From assembly GCF_009914755.1 (NCBI RefSeq), contig NC_060936.1: a stretch of 64,000 nucleotides of DNA. One strand, 5' to 3'. This stretch comes from the human T2T-CHM13v2.0 reference genome, Homo sapiens. Positions within the stretch are counted from its first letter, which is position 1. Each line of letters starts with the position of its first letter. Positions 28,018 to 40,129 of this stretch are shown here, piece after piece. The position numbers and the translations under genes were made by a program. The notes under the pieces are model-generated. The model was not told where the DNA came from. It made no database searches and saw nothing but the letters and a program-made list of their open reading frames with translations.

Positions 28018-28281
28018 ATGGCAGATGCCCCTCCCCCATCCAGGCTTCTGCCTTGCAGTTCGATCTCAGACTGCTGTGCTAGCAGTGAGCAAGGCTACAT
28101 GGTCATGGGACCTGCTGAGCCAGGCATGGGAGAGAGTCTCTTTGTCTGCTGTTCGCTAAGACCTTGGGAAAAGTGTAGTATTTGGGTGGGAGTGCCCTGT
28201 TTTTCCAGGTACAGTCTGTCACGGCTTCCCTTGGCTAGAAAGGGAAATCTCCTGACCCCTTGTGCTTCCTGGGTGAGGTGA
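28018..28281 (+). CDS. L1 antisense ORF0 homologue, open, 87 aa (expression unknown)
   Basis: MADAPPPSRLLPCSSISDCCASSEQ... resembles L1HS ORF0 (MAGAPPPASLPPCSLISDCCAS..., recalled); Kozak gcaATGg; antisense within the L1 5'UTR. Confidence 0.6.
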   Translation: MADAPPPSRLLPCSSISDCCASSEQGYMVMGPAEPGMGESLFVCCSLRPWEKCSIWVGVPCFSRYSLSRLPLARKGNLLTPCASWVR

Positions 28282-28523
28282 TGCCCCGCCCTGCTTCAGC
28301 TGGCCCTCCATGGGCTGCACCCACTGTCCAACCAGTCCCAATGAGATGAACCAGATACCTCAGTTGGAAATGCAGAAATCATCCATCTTCTGCATCGATC
28401 ACGCTGGGTGCTGCAGACCAGAGCTGTTCCTATTCGGCCGTCTTGGAATGTGCCCCAATATATTCTTTTTAAATCATGTTGTCTGGTGTTTTTTAGTGGC
28501 ATATAGAACTATAATTAAATGTA

Positions 28524-28827
<304 letters not shown>

Positions 28828-29182
28828 TCATGAAATGTATATCATATATCCAGTAACCTTGCTGAACTCTCCAATTTCTGATAATTTGTAGTCCTTTAAG
28901 AGTTTGACAACATAAGAGGGTAGATATATAATTTGAAAATTATAGTTATAATTAATACATTTAAATCCTTATAAATATTAAGTTTTCATAAAATGTTATG
29001 TTTTGTAAAATTCATGTTTCATAAAACATGCATATGTTGAATGCATGTGATGGTCATTACATTTGCTTAGTTCCAGATTTTAGTATGCTTATTTTTGAAA
29101 CATATTTTATCAGTTTGAAGATATTCTCCTATATGCCTAATATTGAGTTTATTTTGTTTTCTAATCTTTGGCTCATTTATAT

Positions 29183-29185
<3 letters not shown>

Positions 29186-29226
<41 letters not shown>

Positions 29227-29227
29227 G
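29186..29227. repeat. (TG)n microsatellite, about 18 pure units
   Basis: Read directly from the sequence. Confidence 0.97.
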
Positions 29228-29262
29228 CCCCTTTGTGCATGCACACTTGTCTGTTTCTACAA

Positions 29263-32200
29263 TTTTTATTTTTATTGTTTCATAGGTTATTGGCATACAG
29301 GTGGTGTTTGGTTACATGAGTTAGTTCTTTGGTAGTGATTTATGAGATTTTGGTGCACCCATCACCCAAGCAGCATACACTGCACCCTATTTGTAGGCTT
29401 TTATCCCTTGCTTCCCTCCCATTCTTCCCCCCAAGTTGCCAAAGTCCATTGTATTGTTCTTATGCCTTTGCATCCTCATAGCTTAGCTCCCACATATCAA
29501 TGAGAATATACATTTCCATTTCTGAGTTACTTCACATAGAACAATAGTCTTCAAACTAATCCAGGTCACTGAGAATGCCCTTAATTTATTCCTTTTTGTG
29601 GCTGAGTAGTATTCCATCTTACATATATATACCACAGTTTCTTTATACACTTGTTGGTCAATGGGTGTTTGTGTTGGTTCCATGATTTTGCAATTGTAAA
29701 TTGTGCTTCTATTAAATTCTTTTTTTTCTGGAGAGATACCTAGTAGTGGGATTGATGGATCAAATGGTAGTTCTACTTTCAGTTCTTTGAGAAATCTCCA
29801 CACTGTTTTCCATAGTGGTTGTACTAGTTTACATTCCCACCAGCAGTGTACAAGTGTCCCCTGATCACTGCATGTATGCCAGCTGTGTTTTGATTTTTTG
29901 ATTATGGCCATTCTTGCAGGAGTAAGGTGGTATCACATTGTGGTTTTGATTTGCAGTTCCCTGATGATTAATGATGTTGAGCATTTTTTCATGTTTGTCA
30001 GCCATTTGTATATCTTCATTTGAGAATTTTCTATTCATTTCTTTAGCCCACTTTTTGATGGGATTTTGTTTTCTTGATGATTTGTTTGAGTTCATTGTAG
30101 ATTCTGGATATTAGTTATTTGACAGATATATAGATTGTGAAGATTTTCTCCCACTCTGTGGGTTGTCTGTTTACTCTGCTGACTGTTCCTTTTGCCATGT
30201 AAGTGCTCTTTAGATTAATAAAGTCCCAGCTATTTATCTTTGTTTTTATTGCATTTGCTTTGGGGTCCTTTGTCATAAAATCCTTGCCTAAACCAATGCC
30301 TAGAAGGGTTTTTCCAATGTTATCTTGTGTTGATTTTTTATAAGGTGAGAGATGAGGCTCCAGTTTTATTCTCCTACATACGGCAAACCAATTATCTTAG
30401 CACCATTTTTTGAGAAGGGTGTCCTTTTCCCACTTTGTGTTTTTGTTTGCATTGTCAAAGACTGGTAGGCTGTAAGTATTTGGATTTATTTCTGGTTTCT
30501 CTATTCTGCTCCATTGATCTGTGAGCCTATTTTTATACCAGTACCATGCTGTTTGGGTGACTATGGCCTTATAGTGTAGTTTGAAATCAGGTAGTGTGAT
30601 GATGCCATATTTGTTCTTTTTGCTTAGTCTTGCTTTTGCTATGCAGATTCTTTTTTGGTTCCATATGAATTTTAAAATTGTTTTTTTTCTAATTCTTTGA
30701 AGAATGATGGTGGTATTTTGATGGGGTTGCATTGGATTTGTAGATTGCTTTTGAAAGTATGGTCATTTTTCAATATTGATTCTACCCATCCATGAGCATG
30801 GGATGTGTTTCCATTTGTTTTTGTCATCTATGATTTCTTTCAGCAGTGTTTTGTAGTTTTTCTTGTAGATGTCTTTCACCTCCTGGGTTAGGTATGTATC
30901 TAAGTATTTTTTTTTTGCATCTGTTGTAAAAGGGGTTGAGTTGTTGATTTGATTTTCAGTTTGGTCGCCATTGGTGTGTAGAAGAGCTGATGTGTCTGCA
31001 TTAATCTTGTATTTGGAAACTTTGCTAAATTATTTCATCAGTTCTAGGAGCTTTCTGGAGGAGGCTTTAACGTTTTTGAGATTAACAATTGTATTGTTGG
31101 CAAACAGTCACAGTTTGACATCCTCTTTACCAATTTGGAAGCTCTTTATTTATTTCTCTTGTGTCTTGTCTGATTGCTATGGCTAGGACTTCCAGTACTA
31201 TGTTGAAGAGGGATGGTGAGAGTTGGCATCCTTGTGTTGTTCCAGTTCTCAGAGGGAATATTTTCAAATTTACCCCAATCAGTATTATGTTTGCTGTGGA
31301 TTTGTCATAGATGGATTTTATTACATTAAGGTATGTCCCTTGTGTGCTGATTTTGCTGAGAGTTTTAATCATTAAAGGATGCTAGATTTCATTGAATGCT
31401 TTTTCTGCATCTATTGAGATAATCATGTGATTTTTTAAAAATTCTGTTTATGTGGTGTATCACATTTATTGACTTGTGTATGGTAAACCATCCCTGTATC
31501 TCTTGTATGAAACCCACTTGATCATGGTGGATTATCTTTGATATATTGTTAGATTTGGTTAGTTAGTATTTTGGTAAGGATGTTAGTGTCTATGTTCATC
31601 AGGGATATTGGTCTGTAGTTTTCTTTTTTGTCCTTTCCTGGTTTTGGTATTAGGATGATGCTGGCTTCATAGAATGAATTAGGGAGGGTTCCCTTTTCTC
31701 TGTCTTGCAGACTAGTGTTCAAAGAATTGGTACCAATTCTTCTTTGAATATCTGGTAGAATTCTGCTGTGAATCCATCTGGTCCTGAACTTTTTTTGTTG
31801 GTAATTTTAAAATTACCATTTCAAACTCACTGCTTGTTATTGGTCTGTTCAGGGTATCTAATTATTCCTGATTTAAACTAGGAGGGTTGTACATTTTCAG
31901 GAATTTATCATTCTCTTCTGGGTTTTCTAGTTTATATACATAAATGTGTTCATAGCAGCCTTGAATGATCTTTTGTATTTCTGTGGTATCAGTTGTAATA
32001 TATCCAGTTTCATTTCTTATTAAGGTTATTTGGATTTTCTCTCTTCTTTTCATGGTTAAACTTGCTAATGGTCAATTTTATTTATGTTTTCAAAGAACCA
32101 GTTTTTGTTTCATTTATCTTTTGTTTTTGTTTCAATTTCATTTAGTTCTGCTCTGATCTTGGTTATTTCCTTTCTTCTGCTGGTTTCGGTTTGGTTTGTT

Positions 32201-33870
32201 CTTGTTTCTCTAGTTCATTGAGGTGTGACCTTAGAATGTCAGTTTGTGTTCTTTCAGTTTCTTTGATGTAGGTGTTTAGGGCTGTGAACTTCCCTCTTAG
32301 CACCACCTTTGATGTATCCCAGAGGTTTTGATAGGTTGTGTCACTATTGTCATTCAGCTTGAAGAATTTTTTAATTTACATCTTTATTTTGTTTTTGACT
32401 CAATGATTATTCAGGATCAGGTTATTTAATTTCTATACATTTGCATGGTTTTGTGGGTTCCTTTTGGAGTTGATTTCCAGTTTTATCCTACTGTGGTCTC
32501 AGAGAGTGCTTGATATAATTTCAATTTTCTTAAATTTATTGAGGCTTGTTGTGTGACCTATCATATGGTCTATCTTGGAAAAAATTCTATGCACTGTTGA
32601 GTAGAATGTTTATTCTGCAGTTGTTGGATGAAATGTTCTGTTCATATCTGTTAAGTCCATTTGTTCCAAGCTATAGGTTGAATCCATTGTTTCTTTGTTG
32701 ACTTTCTGTCTTGATGGCCTGACTAGTGCTGTCAGTGGAGTATTGAAGTCCCCCACTATTATTGTGTTGCTGTATATCTCATTTCTTAGGTCTATTAGTA
32801 ATTGTTTAATAGATTTGGGAACTCCAGTGTTAGGTGCATATATGTTTAGGATAATGACATTATGCTGTTGGACAATGCCCTTTACCATTATATAATATCT
32901 CCATTTGTCTTTCTTAACAGCTGTTGCTTTAAGGTTTGTTTTGTCTTATATAAAAATAGCTATCTCTGGCCAGGCGCTGTGGCTCATGCCTGTAATCCCA
33001 GCACTTTGGGAGGATCACGAGGTCAGGAGATGGAGACCATCCTGGCTAACACAGTGAAACCCTGTCTCTACTAAAAATGCAAAAAATTAGCTGGGCACAG
33101 TGGCGGGCGCCTGTAGTCCCAGCTACTCAGGAGGCTGAGGCAGGAGATCCAGCCTGGGTGTCAGAGTGAGACTCTGTCTCAAAAAAAAAAAAAGAAAAAA
33201 ATAGCTATCGCTGCTCACTTTTGGTGCCTATTTGCATGAAATGCCTTTTTCCACCCCTTAGCTTTAAGTTTATGTGAGTTCTTATGTTAAGTGAGTCTCT
33301 TGAAGGCAGTAGATACTTGGTCTGTGAATTCTTATACATTCTGCAGCTCTCTATCTTTTAAGTGGAGAATTCAGGCCATTTACATTCAATGTTAGTACTG
33401 AGATGTGAGGTACCATTCCATTCATTGTGCTATTTATTGCCTGTGTACCTTTGTTTTTTGTTTTTGTTTTTTCTTTTTAAATTGTATTTTTGTTTTATAG
33501 GTTCTCTGAGATTTATGCTTTGAAGAGATTCTGTTTTGATGTGTCTCCAGAATTTGTTTCAAGATTTGGAGCTCCTTTTAGCAGCTATTGTAGTGGTGAC
33601 CTGGTAGTGGTGATCTGGCACTGGTGAATTTTCTAGCATTTGTTTGTCTGAAAAAGATTGTATCTTTCCCTCATATATAATGGTTAGGTTCACTGGATAC
33701 AAAATTCTTGGCTGATAATCATTTTATTTGAGGAGGCTAAAATAAGACCCTAATTCTTTCTAGCTTATAGGGTTTCTGCTGATAAATCTGCTGTTAATAA
33801 GATAGGTTTTCCTTTATAGATTGCCTGGGGCTTTTGTCTCACAGCTCTTAATATTCTTTCCTTCATTTTA
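29263..33870 (-). mobile_element. L1PB (L1PB1-like), 3'UTR through ORF2 into the ORF1 end; 5'-truncated
   Basis: L1PB-type 3' end (ggtggtgtttggttacatgag...ggtgcacccatcaccc); minus-strand ORF2 fragments. Confidence 0.9.
32968..33200 (+). mobile_element. AluY with two internal deletions
   Basis: Jumps gggag|gatcac and ggaga|tccagcc; TSD aaaaatagctatc(t/g)ct. Confidence 0.92.
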
Positions 33871-33926
33871 ATGTCTGTGGAATTTGTAGTGGTATCCCAT
33901 CTGTTATTTCTAATAATAGTAATTAG

Positions 33927-34343
<417 letters not shown>

Positions 34344-35376
34344 ACTTGAATTCCTGTTTTTAATGTCATTGATTTGTGTTCTAATTTTTATTATTTCTTT
34401 ACTTCTTGCTTTGAATTTCATTTGGTCTTCTTTTTCAAGTTTCCTAAGGTAGAAACTTAGATAGTGATTTCAGATCTTTCCTCTTTTCTCATATATGCAT
34501 TCAGTGCGGTAAACTTCCCTCTAAGCATTGCTTTTGTGACCTCTCACACATTTTGATGAATTGTGTTTTTATTTTTATTTAGTCAGAATATTTAAAAATT
34601 TCTCTTGAGATTTCCTTTGACCTATGTGTTATTTAAAAATGTGTTTTTTAATCTCCACATATTTGTGGATTTTCCAGTTATCCTTCTGTTACTGATTCTA
34701 GTTTAATTCCGTTGTGGTGTGAGAACAAATGTTATAACATCTTTTTTTTTTTAAATAAGATGTATTTTATGACTTAGAATGTGGTCTCTTTTGGTGAACC
34801 TTCCATGTGAGCTTAAGAAGAATATCTATTCTACTGCTGTTACTGAAGTAATATACAGATGTTTATTATATCCAGTTGATTAAAGGTGTTGTTAAAGTCA
34901 TCTGTGTTCTATCTGTTTCTGCCTGCTGGATCCGCCCATTTCTCTTAGAGGAGTGTTGATGTCTCCAACCATGATAGTGTATTCATCCATTTCTCCTTGC
35001 AGTTCTACTTCCCAGAGTTTGATGATCTGTTGTTGGGTGCATATATGTTAAGGAGTATTGTATATTTTTTGAGAACTGATCTTCTTATCATAATGTAATA
35101 CCTCCCACCCCCTTTTTTTAACTTCTTATAACTTTTCTTGCTTTGAGGTTTGCTCTATCTGAAATTAGTTTTGCTGCTTCTGATTTCCTGTGACTATTGT
35201 TAGCATGGAATATTCTTCTCCATCTATGTACTTTTAATCTATATGTGTTTTTATATTCAAAGTGAGTGTCATGTACACAACATATAGTAGGCTCTTGTTA
35301 TTTGATCTACTGTGATGCTCTCAATCTTTAAATTGCTGCATTCAGATCATTGATGTTAACATTCATTACTAATACA

Positions 35377-35712
35377 CAGTCATGTGACATTTAATGACAG
35401 AAATGCATTCTGAGAAGTGCATTGTTAGTCTTTATTTTTCAATTTTTCACACATCATAGAGTGTACTTACATAAACCTAGTAAGTATATCCTACTACACA
35501 ATTAGGCTATATGGCATAGCCTATTGCTTTGAGGCTACAAACCTGTACAGCACGTTACTGTACTAAGTACTGCAGGAATTGTAACACAATGGTATGTATT
35601 TTTGTATCTAAACATAGAAAAGGTATAGTAAAATATAGTGTTATAAGCTAATGGGACCACTCATATATGCAGTCCATTGATGACTAAAATGTCATTATGT
35701 GGTGCCTAACTG
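35377..35712 (+). mobile_element. Tigger3a (MER7A) DNA transposon fossil
   Basis: cagtcatg...actg|ta termini; gcattctgagaa, ggctacaaacctgtacagca core; strand call is conventional. Confidence 0.85.
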
Positions 35713-35810
35713 TAGTTGAATTAATAGCTGCCATATTTCTTACTGTATTTTTATCTGTTCTTGATCTTTGTTTCTATATTTGTCTTCCACTATTTTTGAG
35801 CTTTTTGTGG

Positions 35811-36178
35811 TTTTTTTTTTTTTTTTTTTTGGTCGTCTGTGCCTGGCTTTTTTCTTTTTTTTTTAATTTATTTATGTATTATTATTATATTTTAAGTTTT
35901 AGGGTACATGTGCACAATGTGCAGGTTAGTTACATATGTATACATGTGCCATGCTGGTTTGCTGCACCCACTAACTCGTCATCTAGCATTAGGTATATCT
36001 CCCAATGCTATTCCTCCCCCCTCCCCCCACCCCACAACAGTCCCCAGAGTGTGATGTTCCCCTTCCTGTGTCCATGTGTTCTCATTGTTCAATTCCCACC
36101 TATGAGTGAGAATATACCTTGTTTGAAGAAATGTAATGAATATGCCAAGAAAGGAGAAAATATAGTATCATATAAAAT
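35811..36178 (-). mobile_element. Young 5'-truncated L1 (L1PA2/3-like) 3'UTR with double polyA and a 5' templated insert
   Basis: cacccactaactcgtcatctagcattaggtatatctccc young-type 3'UTR; perfect 15-bp TSD gctttttgtggtttt (35800-35814, 36179-36193) at a TT/AAAA site. Confidence 0.93.
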
Positions 36179-36254
36179 GCTTTTTGTGGTTTTAAAGGAG
36201 CATTTTATATGATACTATATTTTCTCCTTTCTTGGCATATTCATTACATTTCTT
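36126..36254. repeat. Perfect 56-bp inverted repeat with 17-nt spacer
   Basis: 36126-36181 is the exact reverse complement of 36199-36254. Confidence 0.96.
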
Positions 36255-36376
36255 TGACTTGTATAGTAGTTGCCCTGATGTTTCCAATATACATTTACAA
36301 CTAATTCAAGTCTACTTTCACATAACAGCATACTGCTTCATGGGTAGTGTGAGTAGCTTATAAAAACAAATTATTA

Positions 36377-36652
36377 ACAAGATGTGGTAGCTCACACCTT
36401 TAATCTCAGCACTTTATGAGGCTGAGACAGGTGGATTACTTGAGGCCAGGAGTTTGAGACCAGCCTGGTCCACTAAAAATACAAAAATTAGCCAGGTATG
36501 GAGGTACATGCTTGTAATCTCAGCTACTCAGGAAGTTGAGGCATAAGAATTGCTGGAACCCCGAAGGCAGAGTTTTCAGCGAGCCGAGATCATGCCACGA
36601 AACTCCAGCCTAGGTGACAGATTCTGTCTCAAAATAACAAACAAACAAAAAA
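36377..36652 (+). mobile_element. Old Alu (AluJ/Sz-like) with a left-arm deletion
   Basis: acttgaggccaggagtttgagacc; high divergence; A-rich tail. Confidence 0.88.
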
Positions 36653-38899
36653 GGATTCTATTCTTCTATTCTTCTCTCCCATTTATTGTACCATTGTTAC
36701 ATTTTTAAAATTTATATGTAAGCATGCATAATCAAATACATTGTAGAATTATTATTTTAAATAACTATTTCTTAGATCAATTATATATAAGAATAATACT
36801 TTTTATTTTACCTTATTTTTCTGCCATATCTCCCTTTAATTGTGAAGTTCTGAGTTTTTTATCTATAGTATTTTCTTTCTCTAAAAAAACTTCTTTCAAC
36901 ATCTTGCCAGGCAAATAAACTGACAAAAAACTTCTTTAATTTTTGTTGTCTGAGAAATCCTTATTTCTCCTTCATGTTAGAGGATAATTACACAGGGTTT
37001 ATAATTTTTTCTTTTCTATCAATGCTTTACATATTTTATTCCACTTTTTGTGTGGCCATGGCTCCTGAGAAGTCAGATGCAGTTTCTTATATTTGTTCTT
37101 GTATAGGTAGGCATTTCTTCCCCTCTAGCTTTATTTGGATTTTTTTCCTTCGTCTGCTTATTTTCTGTAGTTTGAAAATGATATTAATAGGCAGATTATT
37201 TTTGGGCATTTATCCTGCTTGTTTTTCTATGAACTTCCATGATCTGTTGTTTATTATGTCTGACATAAATTTGGGGAAATAGTTATTATTGAATCAATTA
37301 TTTCTTCTGTTTCCTGTTTTCTTTTTTCTTTACTGAGTGTGCCCATTATATGTACGTTGCTCCTTTAATAGTTATCCCTCAGCTTTTGGATATTTTGCTT
37401 GGATTATTTTCTGCCTTTACTCTTTTTGCTTTTTAGTTTTGAAGAGTTTAACTGATACATCCTGAAGTTCATATATTCTTTTGTGAGGCATGTCAAGTAT
37501 ACTAATATGCTTATCAAAGGAATTCTTCATTTCTGCCACAGTGTTTTGGTCTCTAACATTTGTTTCCAGTTCTTTTTTTAGAAATTTTATCTTATCTCTG
37601 CTTAAATTGCTTAACTGTTCTTACATGCTGTCTTTTTTCTTTTTTTTTTCTTTTTTCTTTTTTTTACTGTTACAGCCCTTAGCATATTGCTCACAGTTGT
37701 CTTAAAATCCCAGTCTGATAATTCCAACCTCTCTGCCATACCTGAGTTTGGTCCTGATTCTTGCTCTCTCTCTTCTAATTGTGTTAATTTGCCTTTCAGG
37801 TGACTTGTAATATTTTCTTGATAGCGAGCCAGAATATATTGGGTTTTAAAAACCTGATATGCATAGGTCTTTAATAATGTCTTGGTAAGGCATGGTCAGG
37901 AGAGGAGGCATCCTATAATTCTGTGCTTAGGTATCATATTTGAATAAACCTGTACCTTTGGACTGTAAATTTCACAAATGCTTCTCGTGGTTTTTTTTGT
38001 TAGTTTGTTTTAATTTTTCCTTCTTAGGCAGAACAGAATGGCTATAGTGGGCTGGAACTGAGTATTTTTCTCTCTCATAAGGAAGTCTAGGACTGGCTGA
38101 AGTTGGATATTTCCTTTACCTCAGGTCACTTAGGCTCAGACAACACCAGAGCTTATGCGATTCCAATTAACTAATTTATCCTGAAGGCAAGTCCTGTAAT
38201 CCCTATTAACAACCGCATGCTCTTGCCTTCACACTGATGGAACGAGAGAATTTTTTCTCCAATATTTACTATAGGATCCAAGTTGGGGACTTGGGGAGAA
38301 CATTCATAAAAAGTGGGGTCGTCGACTGAGCCCCTGGAGTGTTTAGCCCCCAGACTTGTTCACAACTGAGACTCCAGCAATTCAATTATAGTGCAGAATT
38401 TCTTTTTTTTTTTTTTTTTTTTTCGCCTTGGCATTGTTTACTTTGTTGTTTCTGTTTATGAGTTTCTGCTCCAGGAAGTCAGCTTATAACTCCCTGTACA
38501 TGGTTGGTCTCTTCAATCTTGGAGACAGTGGTTTGCTATATGTCATCACCTCTTTTATGGATCCAGGAAGAGTTGTTGCTTTTCAGTCAATTTAGTGTTT
38601 TTTCTTGTTGTTAGGACAAAATGGCACCCTCCAACTTCCTTGTCTGCAGAACTGGAAACCGGAAGTCCCAACATATTTTTTTAAATAGTATTCACTTATC
38701 TCATGCCTTATTGGTTCTAAACTTTTACTTAAAATTTTATTATAATTTCTTAATTAATGCACAAATTATTAAAAATAAGATTTTCCTTCAAATATATGGG
38801 GATTTTTCTTTAGAAATGTTTTCTACTAGTGTTTGCCATAGTTGCATTGTGGCAGATATTGTCTGTATGACACCTACTTTTTGAAATTTGTTGAAATTC

Positions 38900-39117
38900 T
38901 TTTTTTCTAACTTTTATTTTAGGTTCGGTGGGTACATGTGCAGGTTTGTTGCATAGGTAAATTGTGTGTCATGAGAGTTTGGTGGACAGATTACTTTAAT
39001 ACTCAGGTAATATGCACAGTAACCAATAGGTAGTTGATCAGTTCTCAACATCCCTGTACCTTCCACCCTTAAGTAGGCCTCGGCATCTATTGTTCACTTC
39101 TTTGTGTCCATGTGTAC
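38900..39117 (-). mobile_element. L1PA15/16-like 3' end
   Basis: ggtacatgtgcaggtttgttgcataggtaaattg; diverged TSD tgttgaaattctttt / tgttgagactttt. Confidence 0.85.
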
Positions 39118-39803
39118 TGTTGAGACTTTTTTATGTCCAAATATATCATCAATTTTTGTAATTCTCCCTTATGTACTTGAGAAAAATGCATGTCTTTTGA
39201 ATTGTTGGATGTAGAATTTTATATGTGTCTAAGATGTCAGTCTTGTTAATTGTGTTATTTAGGTCTTCTATGTCCTTGCTAATATTTTGACTAGTGACCT
39301 ATTATAATTGAGAAAACAGATACATTGAAATTTCCTCTAATCACAATAATTCTATTGACTTTTGTTTAATATTTTGCAGCAATTAAGTCGATTATTTTAT
39401 AATTTTATCTTTCAGGGTGATTTACGTATATCAGTATGTAGACACCTCTATCCATTATGATGTTTCTATAAGTCTGGGCTATTATTTATACAGCTATAAG
39501 ATTTTCTTCTAATTGTTACATTTCTTATTCCTTTAGCATCATCAAGACTTCCTCACAATTTAGAATTACCTCTTATAAAGAGCACATATTTAGATTTTTT
39601 TGGAAAATATTCAAACTGAAAAATCTCTAGCTTTAAACTAGCAATTTTGTCCATTTATGTTTATTGTATTTTATATAGTCAGATTTTTTCTACTATCTTG
39701 GAATATTATGCCAATTTACTCCCTTCTGAGTTGACTTTTAATATTTTCTTATGCTGTTTGAATTGATATATCTATTTTTATAACAAGGCAAACTGTACCA
39801 TAT

Positions 39804-40129
39804 TGCTATGGTCTGAATATTGTGCCCTCCCCCCATTCAAATGTAGGGATATTGGCAATTGATTAGGTCATGAAATGAGACCCCTCATTAATTGGCTTAG
39901 TGTCATTATAAAAGAGGCCCAAGAGAGCTCTTTTTCCCCTTCCAGCATGTGAGATTACAGTGAGAAGATGACCCTCTCCCCAGCTACCAAATCTGCTGGT
40001 GCCATGATCACAGACTTTTCAGCCTCTAAAAATGTGACAAGTAAATTGCTGCTGTTTTTAACAGTCCCAGTTTCATTATATGCCATATTTTGCTATGTTT
40101 TCAGTAGAAGTCCCAAACAGACTAAAACA
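39804..40129 (+). mobile_element. MLT1A-like solo LTR
   Basis: tgctatggtctgaat ... ttataaaagaggccc ... cagactaaaaca. Confidence 0.85.

Noticed and set aside
28018-28210. ORF0 fusion via the two proximal donors (28123 GC, 28208 GT)
   Set aside because: They are phase 1 and phase 2; both hit stops early in the 62225 exon, so they could only act as uORFs.
35697-36212. 171-aa hydrophobic ORF
   Set aside because: Translation of poly-T tracts and antisense L1 3'UTR across repeat junctions.
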